Origin: Camelus ferus
Taxonomy: Eukaryota
Direction: 5' to 3'
NCBI RefSeq assembly: GCF_009834535.1
Contig: NC_045723.1
Coordinates: 1,364,001 to 1,428,000, forward strand
Length of the DNA: 64,000 nt
Positions 11,211 through 23,834 of the stretch are shown piece by piece; position 1 is the stretch's first letter; each line of letters starts with the position of its first letter. The position numbers and the translations under genes were made by a program. The notes beneath the pieces are model-generated. The model worked only from the letters and a program-made list of their open reading frames with translations. It was not told where the DNA came from and did no database searches.

Positions 11211-12688
11211 ATCACAGGAAAAACAATAGATATACACAAAGAGACGTCAATCAGACTAGACCCCCTATTCACTCACCCAGAGTTCATAGCACCTGCGAGT
11301 GCCGGGGCCCCTGTGGGAGCTCTCAGGGCGTGGGAAGATGGGGAACCTCTGAGCTGTGCACCCGTGATCCTGCAGTCTGCCGGGGTGAGGACCCCAGTGC
11401 ACCTCCTCCCTCAGGACCTATTCTCTGTGCGGAACCTGGTGCCTGAATGGAGGAGGCTGCCCACTGTGGTTCCAGGCCTTCCTCATCCGTGACTGCCTGG
11501 AGCAATTCTGTTGGCGCAACAGGGAATTGCAGGATTTGCGCACACAATTTCCCATCCCAGCTTCACAGAGAGGCTTGCTTATGCAGCCGACATGGGCTTG
11601 TTTCCTGGTTCTGGCAGACAGGACCAGCCATATTTCCTTGTGTCCTTACTCCCTGTCACCGGGTGTGATGCACCATGTCCCTCCAGGAAAAGCTCAAGAA
11701 TGTTGCAGAGTAAACAGGGAATTGGCTCAGGGGAACGGCAGCTGCACAAATGCTCTTCCCCGGGGCAGAGGTGAAGCCCCGACTTTCTCTTGATGGAGAA
11801 GTGGGGTGTATCTTGGGTAGGGCAGTCCTGCTGGGTGCAGAACATTTGCCCACATCTCTTCTGACTTCCTCTCATCACCACTGCTCCCAGCTCCAGACAC
11901 ACCCGGCCGCACCACTTTGCCAAAGGGCTTTGCAGTTTCGACCTGCTTTGGGAAGAGCCCCCTTCCTATGGGAGGATGTGGCTCATGCCTCCCATTTCAT
12001 AGGCGAGGAAACTGCAAGCTCTGAGATGTCACAACTTGCTCAAGGTTACCCAGCACAACAAGGTTAACACATGACAGAACGGGAGCTCATAGTTGGCTTT
12101 ACCAACTGCAGTGTAATCACCTCTTCATTCACGTCCTCCCTCAACAAATACTTACCGAGGGCCTGCTGTGTGTGTGATCGGTCACGACGTGGACGGTGCT
12201 GGAGCCAGTTCTGCCCGCAGAGCCTCCAGGCTCCCGGAGAAGGTGCATGACTAAGTGATTGATTGTAGTTAAGTGCAGTGGGCGCTGTGGCAGAGGAAGT
12301 ACGTTCATTGAACATGGTGCCAGGTAGCTTAGCATGGGTGGGGAATAAGTGTGAATGAACTCATCTGTGACCAGCCCTGCCTTCAGGGGACTTGTCCCTG
12401 CTCACATCCCGGCCCGGGGTGGGGCTGTCTGTACAGGGGACAGTGGGATGCTGGCCTGGCCGAGAGGGGCCAGCAGGCTCCCTGAGTGCCCTGCGAGGAG
12501 CTCCTACAAAAGCATGAGCCCAGAGCAGTCAGCGACCTGCTGGGGATGGGCTACAGGAGTGGAGGGAGGTGAGTGGAGGGGGTGTGGGGGACGCCTGGCT
12601 GGGGACATTCGCACGGACCCACCGTCAACAGCTGGCAGAAAATGCATTCTCTGACCTTCTATTACAACTGTACACTAAAGGGTTAACC

Positions 12689-12767
12689 TTTTCCCTCTTT
12701 CTTTCTTTCCTTCTTTCCTTTCCTTTCTTCGTTCCTTCCTTCCTTCTTTCCTTCTTTCTTTCTTTTT
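12689..12767. repeat. Polypyrimidine (CT-rich) low-complexity tract
   Basis: About 80 nt of nearly pure C/T (tttc/ttcc units). Confidence 0.95.
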
Positions 12768-12879
12768 AAATGAAGGCATTCTGCCTTATTAGGAGTAGCT
12801 CTCCTTGGTATGCAATGTATATATTTTATAAGTTTTCTGAATAGTAAGGTAAACAAAACAGCCATGAATATAATCCCCA

Positions 12880-13075
12880 CTGCTTACTGAATACTCGTTA
12901 CATCCTGTGCAGACGCAATGTTGGGTCATTTGTGCCATCACTCTGTGAGGTGGGTGTTGTGTAGACAAGGATGCTGAAATTAAGTAATGTACCCAAAGGG
13001 CCACAGCTAGGAAGTGGCAGAGGCAGGATTCAAACCCAAGTCTTTCTGATGTTGTATCCCACCCTCTTAACCACC
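12880..13075 (-). mobile_element. MIR SINE
   Basis: aagtaatgtacccaaagggccacagctaggaagtggcagaggcaggattcaaaccc is the antisense MIR head. Confidence 0.8.
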
Positions 13076-13199
13076 AAGTCGCCCTTGGTACCATCCAACG
13101 TGGCGGCAAATGCTACAGAGATGCTCATTTGCATGATGAATTCTGCCTCAGAGAGGAGTAATGAGGAAAGTTTCGTAGCCTCCGTGGGGACTTGCTGGA

Positions 13200-13520
13200 T
13201 AGCCCACAGAAGTTAAGGTAGGCCCCAAAGGGGAAACAGCAGGGAAAAGACAGAGTGGCCTAACGGAGCCTGGATGTTCGGGAAATCACCAGTGGTGGGG
13301 TGGTCTTGGGTAGTGAAGAAGGAAGGAGGTTGTGAGAGCGGCAGAGATCATGCTGGAGAGGGCAGAGGCTACCGCTTCCAGCTCCTTGTCCACTGAGCGA
13401 TGGAACTTTGGGATTTTCCTGTAGGTGAGGGGGAGCCTTTGAAGGGTGTGAGGCCTGGAAGTAGGGTGAGGGGAGTATAACGTTATCATTTGGCAGACTC
13501 TTACAAAGAAAATTTGGAGG
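13200..13520 (-). mobile_element. L2 LINE remnant
   Basis: Purine-rich antisense L2-like sequence (gaactttgggattttcctgtaggtgagggggagcctttgaaggg). Confidence 0.55.
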
Positions 13521-13739
13521 TGGTTTGGAAAATACTCAGGAGCCTGTCACCTGAGAGATGAGTCAGGGAGCCAGGTGTGTCCACATTTCTGATCACGCAC
13601 CTTCCTCAGTAAAGAAATCTTCATGATGTCTTCCCTGTAGATGTATGGTTACTCACAGATGATCACAGTGCAACTGGATGCATGCATTATGTGCATTAGA
13701 ACGCATACAAAAAGCAAACACTAAAAAGTTACCATAAAA

Positions 13740-13880
13740 ATAAACGTGAGTCTTGGGCTGTAGATGGGGGTGGTGGTTGCCCAGCGCTGTGAATGTGTTC
13801 AGAGCCACTGGGTTGTGCATGTCAGAACGGTGAATGGTTAGTTTTAGGTTCTGTGAGTCTTACCTCCATGAAAACAAACA
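13740..13880 (+). mobile_element. L1MB-like 3' end
   Basis: tagatgggggtggtggttgcccagcgctgtgaatgtgttcagagccactg... typical L1MB terminal motif. Confidence 0.7.
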
Positions 13881-14942
13881 AGTAAGCGTGTGAGGAGATA
13901 CTCCAGTCCTTCTCTTTCCACACCTCAGAGAACTGCTCGCATGCCTGGGGTACACGTGCCCCTCTGATGCCAAGGGAGTAAGGGCCTGGCTGTGGGAAAA
14001 CAAGAGGGAGGATTCGAGGTGTGGTTTAAGAGCACTTGATGATTGGAGGTTGAGGAGTCTTTGGGAAAGGGAAGAAGGTGGGAAGACTCCCCATTTCTGT
14101 TTTGGATATAGGGAAAAAAGGGTTGTCCCCTTGTTGGGGACCTGATGTGGCCAATACTGGGATAATTCCCCAGTGGTTGGCATTGGATTGGCTGGGGGCA
14201 GTTTCTAGGCATGTCCAGAAGTGAATCGAGCCTGAGAGTAAAGATGGATGGCCCCATTTGGACAAGGAAACTGAGAGTCAAGCCTGAAAAGGCCTTGTTA
14301 GCCAAGGGCAGAGCAAGAGGCCAGAAGGGTGCAAACTCAGAAGTGGGAGACAAGGAGCAAGTTGGAAACAAGGCAGGAAGGGTTTCATGGGCCGCACGGA
14401 AAGTGATGCAGGCGGGGAGTTCCAGACCAGAGTTTCTGTCTCCTGGGAGGCATCCTGGGGGAGTGGCAGACTCGGGAGTATCTGGACATGGGCCGGGACG
14501 CCGCATCTGGAGCATAGAAGAGGCCACTTGGGAGAACATGAACCCTACGCTGAGGATGGAGCCGTGGGCAAGGGCAAAATTCAAGATGTTGGCAGAGGAA
14601 TGGAAGCTTGGCAATGAGGTCAATCGCCAGACAAAACCCAGGAGAGTTCAGAGTCACTGGGCCAAGGGGAAAGTTCCAGAAGGAAAGAAGTAGTCACTAC
14701 AGGGGGGACAAATAAGACAGGAACTGAAAAAGCGTCCATTGGCTAAGCTCCCTGGTGACGTTAGTGAAAGTAACTGCAGGGGTGAGTGGGGGAGAGGGCA
14801 GGGACGTGGATCAGGACCCTGCTGCTGTGGATGACCGGGGACCGGAGAAGGGGCAGGTGACACCCTTCGAGTAGAGCAGCCTTGGGTCGTCTGAGTCCTC
14901 ATCTAGTACTCTTTCTCCTCCCCCGGCGCCTCTTGGTCCTAG

Positions 14943-15047
14943 AAAGTTCTAGAAGACTTACTGCAGTCCAGAGGCAGGGTGAAGCTTTTGGTTCCCATCT
15001 CTTGGATGTCCAGGCATCTCGGAGGAACCAGCAGAGTTGTGGACAAG
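14943..15047 (+). other. Candidate 105-nt cassette exon
   Basis: Pyrimidine-rich acceptor ...ctcttggtcctAG (14941-14942); consensus donor AAG|GTAAGT (15048); two open frames. Confidence 0.4.
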
Positions 15048-15179
15048 GTAAGTAGCCCATCTCAGTCAGCATGCCTGATGATAAGAATGTATGTTAGGGA
15101 TTCGAAAATGTTCCTGGGAGGGAGAGGCAGAGCACAGAGGACTTCCCCCTTGGCCCCCATGACCACACTCCTCTGGCTT

Positions 15180-15760
15180 GTGTCAGGTGGTCCCCTGGCA
15201 CGGGGCCCAGGCTGCTGCCTCCAGCCTTCTGGTGGACCTTGCCCGGCTGCGGGTGAGAGGAGGCCGGCTGGGCGCCTGGCGGGGGAGCGCCATTGGCTGG
15301 TTTAGTCACTCGCCTCCACACTTTCACATCCTCTATCAACACCTGCACACTTCAGCGGTGACCACACGCACTCTTCCTGTTTATACGGAAAGTGCCATTC
15401 AGAAAACTTGCCGGGGAGAAGGGAGCTGCACCTTCAGCCTCAGAAGAAGGCGGTTGAACGACTCATTTGGAAGAGAAAGAGCAGGAGCCCGTGAGGCGAA
15501 AGGTAAGGTCAAGCCAAAGAGCTTCTAGGCCCTCTGGGCTGCTTTGGGTGGAAAAGAAGTGGCCCTTCCTTTGTGCTCCTCAGGGGGTGTCTCGGAGTCA
15601 GCAGCCTGGCCCAGGCTCCTCAGGGCTGGACAGCGGGCGCTACCAACCCGCCCCACAGAGCGAGAATCCAGCCTCGGGAGCGGCCGGGCAGACCGGGGAG
15701 GCAGACTTGGAGTGTGATCCAAAAAGCTCACAGAATTCACGTGGGGGCAGCGTGTAGGGA
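15180..15760 (+). promoter_or_regulatory. GC/CpG-rich promoter or enhancer-like region with candidate first exon ending at 15502
   Basis: ATTGG 15292-15296; RUNX gaccaca 15360-15366; ETS cttcctg 15373-15379 fused to FOX tgtttat; cggaa 15386-15390; donor AAG|GTAAGG at 15503. Confidence 0.45.
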
Positions 15761-16042
15761 AGGCAGCAACCTGGGTCAGGGCATGCTCACACATTTGTGA
15801 TGGTGGCTGGGCCTGTGGGCCTCAGGAAGAGAGTGAACCCCCTTTAGGCCACTAGCTGCCTCTCACATAAAGAGCCCATGAAATGGTCACAGACTGGACC
15901 CCAGAGCGTGACCCCAGTGAGTGACCTCCAAGGCCTGGGGCACCACCCGGAGGCCACCACCCCCTGCAGAAATAGCTTAGAACGCACAGCCTCTTTGTCA
16001 TCACAGGCTGATAGCACTGCTCGTATTTCTTGGCCAGCACAT

Positions 16043-16068
16043 TGTGTGTGTGTGTGTGTGTGTGTGTG
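16043..16068. repeat. (TG)13 microsatellite
   Basis: Direct reading. Confidence 0.97.
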
Positions 16069-16764
16069 TACACATGCATTATGCACATATACGTGGCCCA
16101 CTATGTGTATATACAGGCAGATACACACGCAGACACTAACACACCTATGTAATATAAAAATAGCAATAGTGAGCATATTTTTGGAACTAGAGAGCTTATG
16201 GTGTGACAAGGGTTTTTTTTTCCCCCTAAGATGGGTATCCCTTGCTATTCAAGTCTTACAAATATAAAAGTGAAATCATGTTTAGTTATGCATTTTACAA
16301 TCCATTTTATTCAAAGGGGTGAAAATCCCACAGGATGGGGACTGTTTAGATTAAGTTTAGGATTATCAGTCTGGGACCTGATATTGCAACAAAAATTAGC
16401 TAAAGGCCAATGCTAACATCAGTAAAGAGGTAGCAGTGAACTCATTCTTTGAGTCTTGAGTGCACATACGGAAATATCAATTTTAAAAAAAATTATAGTC
16501 TCTGCTTTTACCAGAAGTATGTGGCTCTTGGTGCAAAGCTGAGGAAGCCCTTACACAGGGCTGCCAGGGAATCCCCTCTCACAAGAATGAGGTTCTGAGA
16601 GTAAAAGCAGCATAGACATTCAGTATTCTAAGGGCTTGGTTTTGTTTCTGTTGGCCGCTATTCCCTTGCACCGGGCGTTACCAGCACTCGGTATTCAGTT
16701 ATGTCATGCATATTTTCACTTATTTATTGCATTTAGAAAATGGAAAATATATGCGTTGCTCATT

Positions 16765-18050
16765 GGCTAGACTTCTGGGTTCAAATCCCAACTCTAACAC
16801 TTCCTGTGGCTTTAAGCAAGTCACTACACCTGCATCCGGGGTTCTGGCATCTGAGAAATGGGTACAGTAATAGTCTCTACCTTTTTTTTTTAAACATTTT
16901 TTATTGATTTATAATCATTTTACAATGTTGTGTCAAATTCCAGTGTAGAGCACGAGTTTTCAGTTATACATGGACATATATATATTCATTGTCACATTTC
17001 TCTGTGAGCTACCATAAGATCTTGTGTATATTTCCCTGTGCTATACAGTATAATCTTGTTTATCTATTCTACAATTTTGAAATCCCAGTCTATCCCTTCC
17101 CAGCCCCCACCCCCTTGGCAACCACAAGTTTGTATTCTATGTCTGTGAGTCTGTTTCTGTTTTGTATTTATGCTTTGTTTGTTTGTTTGTTTTTAGATTC
17201 CACATATGAGCAAGCTCATATGGTATTTTTCTTTCTCTTTCTGGCTTACTTCGCTTAGAATGACATTCTCCAGGAACATCCATGTTGCTGCAAATGNNNN
17301 NNNNNNNNNNNNNNNNNNNNNNNNNNNNNNNNNNNNNNNNNNNNNNNNNNNNNNNNNNNNNNNNNNNNNNNNNNNNNNNNNNNNNNNNNNNNNNNNNNNN
17401 NNNNNNNNNNNNNNNNNNNNNNNNNNNNNNNNNNNNNNNNNNNNNNNNNNNNNNTGAAATAGGGTTCCTTCTGGATATATGCCCAGGAGTGGGATTCCTG
17501 GGTCCTATGGTAAGTCTATGCCTAGTCTTTTGAGGAATCTCCATACTGTTTTCCACAGTGGCTGCACCAACCTGCATTCCCACCAGCAGTGTAGGAGGGT
17601 ACCCTTTTCTCTACAGCCTCTCCAGCATTTGTCATNNNNNNNNNNNNNNNNNNNNNNNNNNNNNNNNNNNNNNNNNNNNNNNNNNNNNNNNNNNNNNNNN
17701 NNNNNNNNNNNNNNNNNNNNNNNNNNNNNNNNNNNNNNNNNNNNNNNNNNNNNNNNNNNNNNNNNNNNNNNNNNNNNNNNNNNNNNNNNNNCTTCTGCCC
17801 ATTTTTGGATTAGGTTGTTTGTTTTTTTGTTATTAAGTTGTATGAGCTGCTTATATATTCTGGAGATCAAGCCTTTGTCGGTTTCATTTGCAAAATTTTT
17901 TTTCCCATTCCATAAGTAGTCTTTTTGTTTTACTTATGGTTTCCTTTGCTGTGCAGAAGCTTGTCTCTACCTTTTAAATAAGAGATGAGTGAATAGATGC
18001 TACGTTGAAAGGGCTCCATATATGTTAGTGGCTGTTGTTATTGTTACTGT
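16765..18050 (+). mobile_element. MIR SINE split by an L1 insertion (16765-16885 and 17963-18050)
   Basis: gggttcaaatccc...gcaagtcact...atctgagaaatggg left arm; the MIR tail resumes after the L1 TSD. Confidence 0.7.
16886..17962 (-). mobile_element. 5'-truncated young L1 (ORF2 C-terminus plus 3'UTR) with 13-bp TSD
   Basis: TSD gtctctacctttt at 16873-16885 and 17963-17975; TT/AAAA site; ORF 17505-17870 gives ORF2p C-terminus (KCWRGC...[19 protein letters not shown]). Confidence 0.93.
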
Positions 18051-20360
18051 TGTCGCTGCATTTTTTGCAGTTAAGCTGTCAGACATGAAGGGAAATGGTA
18101 GGAGGAAAAGATTAAAGGTGGGGAAGGGACTGTGTAACTGGATGTAGGGGGAGACACATAAGAGATCAGAGCCATGACACCAACACGCAGTCCTTTACCC
18201 TGCAGAGGGGTCCTGAGCAGGAGACCAGGAAAGGAGCAGGGCCCCTTCCTCACGAGGGTCCTGGCGAGAGAAACCAGCACTGGAATTCAGTGGACTTGAC
18301 ACCAGCTCTTGACTGAGTGCTTACACGTTTTGTGTGTCCATGTGCACAGCGACCAAAAGCAGATACACGTAACCAGGAACTCCAAATGACAGCACGTGGT
18401 GTGTGCGTAGCGCCTTTCGTGGGAAGTGTGCGCTCGCACATTCCATGCTTTTTCTCATGTTGCTATGCCAGATCCCTTGTGGGATGGTGCCTGTTTTAGA
18501 AGAAAGCTGAGAACTAGCCTAAGCCTGTGGAGCTGGGGTCTGACTACCACCAGGCTCTGCTCCCAGACCCCCGCGTTGCCTCTGCAATGGGTGTTAAGTG
18601 ATGGTGGTGATGGAATGTGATGGATGAGGAAGCCGAGTCCCAGGAGAATGAAGAAACAAATTCAGAGCCACACTGAGAGTTGAAGGTGTGATGGGGAGAT
18701 GGATGCTGGTCCCTGATTTCCAGACCCTCTATTCTGCTCTGCCGTTCCGAGGAAGAATCTCCAGGTTGGCATCCTGCCTCCTGAGGTTGCCAGCTACGGG
18801 ACTCCTTCCATAAGTCATTTTCTCTTCCACGCTTCAGTTTCTTTATCTGTCAAGTGGGTTTCACAGCCTGCCCTACATAGGTTACAGGGTTTTATGAGAT
18901 TCCAGCGAGGCTGCAAGTGTAAAATGCTGTCGCATCTTTCTGATTCACATAAGAAAAAATGTTGAAAGCAACTCTCAGTAAAGGCAAGTTAAAAGAAAAG
19001 TACAAATGATGTTGGTTCTGCATCAATGTCATTAAGTATGATTTAACTGATTCTTTCAAATGACTACTCTGCACTTTCTGCTGCTTGTTTATTCCATTAC
19101 TTGTTTAACCAGTTTCATATATGGAAAGTTAATTGCTTTCCAATTTTTCAATATCCCAAATCAAACTGTAGTGATTTTTCTTTGAAAAATCCTTTAGTGC
19201 AATCATTTTATCAGTTCCTTTAATTTCTGCCAACCTGATAACCAAATGGTGTTCCCTCATTTTTATTTTTATTTGCTTTCCTTGATTGTTAGCGAGTTGA
19301 TTCCCAATGGTTTAAAACACAGCTTTGCAAAAGACTAAAACAGTATCCTTTATCCAGCCAACAGTCAAAATACATATTCCTTTTAAGGTGAAACCGCACC
19401 GTTTTCCTCATGATTAAAATACAAGCAGGTATTTGCGTACAGATACAAACCTATTAAAAAGCACCTCAGACAAATATTTCTCTTTAGAGTTTTTATCGGT
19501 GCTAAAACTGGGGGGTTATAATGAATACGAGGCAACTAGACTCCTGCAATAACTAATAAACATGACAATTTGATTTATTGCCCTTCCTCTGCTATAGCCT
19601 GTTGACAGATTTTTTTCTTTATGGAAAAATTACCAGGATTTAAATCTCTATCATATGGCGCTTAATTCAAACGACAATATGTTACCAGTTAGGTTCTGCT
19701 TAAACTTCCATCAGCGGGCGGACCCACGGAACATGTTGAGGAGGGTGACAATCAGATAACTAGTAAAGTGCTTTGTGGCCGATGTCTCAGGGCCAAGGAG
19801 CAGAGCTGAGACAATGGAGACAAGGGTGACGAGAGCATTTACGTTTCCCCATCCTGAAAGTAGAAATTGCGTCAGGTTCTCCTAAAAGTGCGCCAGAGTC
19901 TGTGTTTGAGTTGATAGTAGTGTGAGTTGCTATTTGCTGCCCATCTCCCACCCCCTTACCCTCCTGCCTCCTTTGATGATAAAAAGGGCCTTCTGCTCCC
20001 AAATCCTCCCCAACAGGGTGATATCTGCAGCTCGGCCGTCAGGTCCCCACTTAAGGATGTGTTTCAGGACTTCACCTTTCTCCCAAGCCCTGGGTGTTGA
20101 CTACCATGAGAGAGAAATTCCTCTGAAGGGGGATGAGCCTCTTTCTTACGTTTTAGTTTTCCTCTCGGAATCTGGCCGTATTAGATCTTGCTCCTGCTGC
20201 AAGAGAAAGAAAGCAAACTGAGCTGTGCGGAACAAAATGGCCATCCTTTGGAACAGTTTTGGGGGTTGGCCAGGCTTAAGGGAGGGCAGCATGAGAGGGG
20301 ATCTGAAGGCCAGGCACCCAGAACCAGTAAGAACACCAATAAGAGCCATAGCAATGGACG

Positions 20361-20548
20361 GGAAGGGATAGATTGGGAGTTGGGGATTGACAGACACACA
20401 ATACTGTACATAAAATAGATAAGCAACAAGGACCTACTGTAGAGCACAGGGAACTATATTCAGTTACTTGTAATAACATATAATGGAAAAGAATCTGAAA
20501 AGAAAATATAAATGTGTCTGTATATGTAAAAAGAGAAAAAAAGAAGAA
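20361..20548 (+). mobile_element. L1 3' end (artiodactyl-type)
   Basis: gggatagattgggag...aacaaggacctactgtagagcacagggaactatattcag then an A-rich tail. Confidence 0.85.
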
Positions 20549-20899
20549 ACACAGCAGTGAAAATGTAGGCACAGTCTGGGCCATGTAATATGGCCACCAC
20601 TGTAACAGATATGACCTCAACGGTTCCCATATTAGGGCATCACTTTTGCAAAATACAGGATCCCCGGGAGAAGGGGGAGGGTGATGAGCGGCATCTAGGT
20701 CACGTGCCTGTCCCCAGGGAAAGGTCAGATCCACCCGTTTTGAATTCACACTAGGCACTGGAAGGCATCCCCCACCCCACCCCAGGAAGACTGGAGTAGT
20801 AATATAAGGGGTGGCTGCTTGGAAGGTGACAGCAGAAAGTGACAAATGTCTTCCACGTGGTTCCTGCACGGCATCTTAGAGTCATTTTCTCAGTCCCCA

Positions 20900-21050
20900 C
20901 AGCAGCTTTGCAAAGTAGACACTGTGCACTCCCTTTACACACAGAGAATGGAGGCTCCAAGAGGGTAGTGACCTGCCCCCCGAGCACACACAGTTAGATG
21001 TGGGGCTCAAAGCCAGGCTGCTGGCTCTGAAACCTTCCACTCCAGCTGAA
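20900..21050 (-). mobile_element. MIR SINE
   Basis: ccctttacacacagagaatggaggctccaagagggtagtgacctgccc...gggctcaaagccagg. Confidence 0.7.
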
Positions 21051-21679
21051 CTGAGGGTGATCCCGAGTCCAGGCTACACAGAAGCAGCACGTGTGTTATT
21101 ATCTGAATGAAACCCCTTTCCTCCAGGACACCACTCTGTACGGTACGTGCACTCCAGGCACACATAACCAGGAAGAATTCGGAGAAGAAAGTTAGGGGTT
21201 CAGAGGAAAAGCATCCCATATGTTATAACTTTGCCTGGGCTGTCCCTGTTTCTAAACACCGTAACAATATTTTTTGAAGCAAAGATCAAAGGACATATGG
21301 TCTGACTCATGGGTTAACAAAGGGAAAAATATTTGAATTTGGGACTTTCTGGGGGCAATTTGAGATGTGTGGCTACAATCATTCCCAGAGCACCTGGAAA
21401 TCATGGAGTTCTTGGGGAAACACTGAAATACACATGAAATCCCGTTCTCCAAACTAGGGATGATTTTATCAACAGAAGTTCGGAGAGTCTTCTACGCCGG
21501 CTCTATGATTCCAAAGTTGAGAGGCCTCATGGCCAAGACAGGAACAAAGGTGTTGAAATCTGTTTGCCTCACCCATAAAATCATTTGAAATAATAAGAGA
21601 ACTCTTTATCCGAATACGAGTAGATTTCTTATAGCAAAAATAGCCAATAAGAATGGATACAACTCTCAAAAGCCACTGC

Positions 21680-21960
21680 AATTTAAATACCTAGAAAAGA
21701 CTTAGAGAAAACACACAAGACCTAGATGAAAAAAGTCTACTTAGGGACGTCAAACATATAAATGGAAACACATAGCATGTGGAGACCAGAGAAGCAGACT
21801 CAATATGAACCCTCATCAACCTGTTTTGTATGCGAAAGCTGTCTTAAATAAAATTTCCAGTGCATTGGTGGAAGGGGGGAGCTCCATAAAATTCCAACCT
21901 GAAATTCTAATGAATTTTAGATAAGAGTAACAAGGATATTTGTGAAGAAAAGTTGGGGAC
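21680..21960 (+). mobile_element. Old L1 ORF2 remnant (L1ME-like)
   Basis: Degenerate aaatacctag...aagacct...aaatggaaacacatagcatg motif. Confidence 0.5.
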
Positions 21961-22169
21961 AAGCATGGTGCTTGCCTTGTCAATATGAAAGTTTCAGTGG
22001 TCACAGAGTTCCAGGTGGGTGACCAGACCCGCGGGAGGGAGGAGAAAGTGTACACGCACAGACACTCACACACATGCAAATCAGTGTAGGGCAAAAGCAC
22101 CTTGTCGAATCAGTCATATCAAGAATGGTTGGTCGTCATTTGACTTGATTCTTCAGTGGTTTGGCACAG

Positions 22170-23828
22170 TTGTGTTCCTTTCTTCCTTCTTGAAACATCT
22201 CTTTCTCTGCCTCTAGAACATTCATTCCCTTCTGTCTCCTCCCATCTCACTGGCTGCTCCTCTTCAGTCTCCCGTATGGGCCCCTTCTCCAACTCTTCCT
22301 CGTGTCTGGATGCTGGGGTGCCCAGGGCTCAGCCTTCCAACATCTCTGCTCTGTCTCCATTCACGCCCCAGGTGATCTGGTCCAATATGACCAAGGAAAC
22401 TTACTTCTCCCAGCCCTGACCTCTTTTCTGACTAGACCCCCAGCTGTCCGACAACACTCAGCATCTCCACTTGAATGTATCTCCAGCTACACAACCCGTC
22501 CAAGACAATTCCTGATTTCCCTAACGCCAGTCCTGCTCCCCCTGCAGTTTCCTCACGTGTCCGCAAGAGCCCCCTTCATTCTTCCAGTGTCAGGCAAGCA
22601 TCTTGAAGCCACCCTTCACTTCTTCCTTTCACAACCCACATCTGATCCAGCAGCAAATTCCATCCATATGTCCTTGGAAATATATCCAGAATCAAGCCCG
22701 TCTCCACACTCCACCTCTTGGGTCTCCTACCTTCTCTGCAAACTCGTCTCCTTCCCACACTCTCCTGTCTTCATTCTGTTCTCAATACAGACCCAGAGGA
22801 CGCTTGTAAAATTTAAATCATGTGATTGCTCAAAACCCTCCAGTGGACTCCTGGCTCTCTGTTCCAGTTATGTATTGCTTCATAACCAAGTACCCCAAAA
22901 CATGGTGGCTTAACCTCTCAGTTTTGCACAAGATATCATGGGTCAGGAGTTTGGGTACTTTGGTGTGGGCTGGGCTAGAGGACCTCCTTCCAAGATGGCG
23001 TCTTCGCTCACATGCCTGGTGCCTCGTGGCCGCTCTCTCTCTTCCTGTGGCATCCCATCTTCCAGGGCTCTCCACGTGGCTTGAGCTTCTCATAGAAGGG
23101 CACTCTTGGGATTTGTGCACTTTTTCCATTGTGACTGTCTCTAAGAGGCAGGAAGAAGAAGCAGCCGCATGAGTTAGGGGCTGGGACAGCATCCTTTCTG
23201 CTATATTTTATTGGCCAAAGCAGTCATCAGGCCATCTCAGGTTCAAAGAGGTTGAGAGACAGACTCTCCTGATGGGGGCACGGCAAGGCCATGATGCAGC
23301 AGAGCGCCCGGGATGTTGCTGTGGCCATTTTGGGGAAATGCAGTCTGCGAACTCATCCATTACCAAAATCTCAAGTGCTCACCATGACCTACCAGGTCCT
23401 GCATGACCTGAATCCTACCACCCCTCTGAATTCTTCTAGTACCCTCTCCCTTTATTTGTGGTATGGCTTCAGCTAGAGTAGGCCTCTTTGCCATTGTTTG
23501 AACAACCAAGCATAATCCCACCTCATGGCCCAGAACTGGTAGTTCTCTCTGCCTGGCATGCCCTTCCCTGGGTGCCCAGGTCACCTCTCTCCTCCTCCAG
23601 GTCTCTACCCAAATGTTACCATTTCAGAGAGACCTTTCTTGACCACCCTTGACCAAGAAAGCCATTCCAGCTCTTCTTTGTCTATTGTATTTAGCACCAC
23701 CTAATATATTTTGTATTTAGTTGTCATGATCTGCTTCCTCCCAATAGAATGTAATGTATTGTCAGAACCTAGAAAAATGTCTGTTCATTGTAGGTTCTGG
23801 ATACATAGTTGTTAAATAAATGAATGAT
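22170..23828 (+). mobile_element. L2 LINE 3' portion, interrupted by an MLT1 LTR
   Basis: Typical L2 motifs (ggtgcccagggctc, atatccagaatc, caaaaccctccagtgg, caaatgttacc) ending in the aaatgaatga tail. Confidence 0.8.
22860..23350 (-). mobile_element. MaLR solo LTR (MLT1H/G-like)
   Basis: tgttccagttatgtattgcttcataacc...ccccaaaacatggtggctt and gtggccattttggggaaatgcagtctgc are the antisense MLT1 termini. Confidence 0.8.
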
Positions 23829-23834
23829 TGGACA

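Noticed and set aside
13925-14693. Overlapping 232-aa (-) and 160-aa (+) ORFs
   Set aside because: No recognisable domain, no convincing splice context, and the purine-skewed DNA may be a degenerate LTR; treated as chance ORFs
17137-17919. ORFs with L1 ORF2p-like peptides as a functional gene
   Set aside because: Part of a 5'-truncated L1 with TSD; cannot encode a functional retrotransposase
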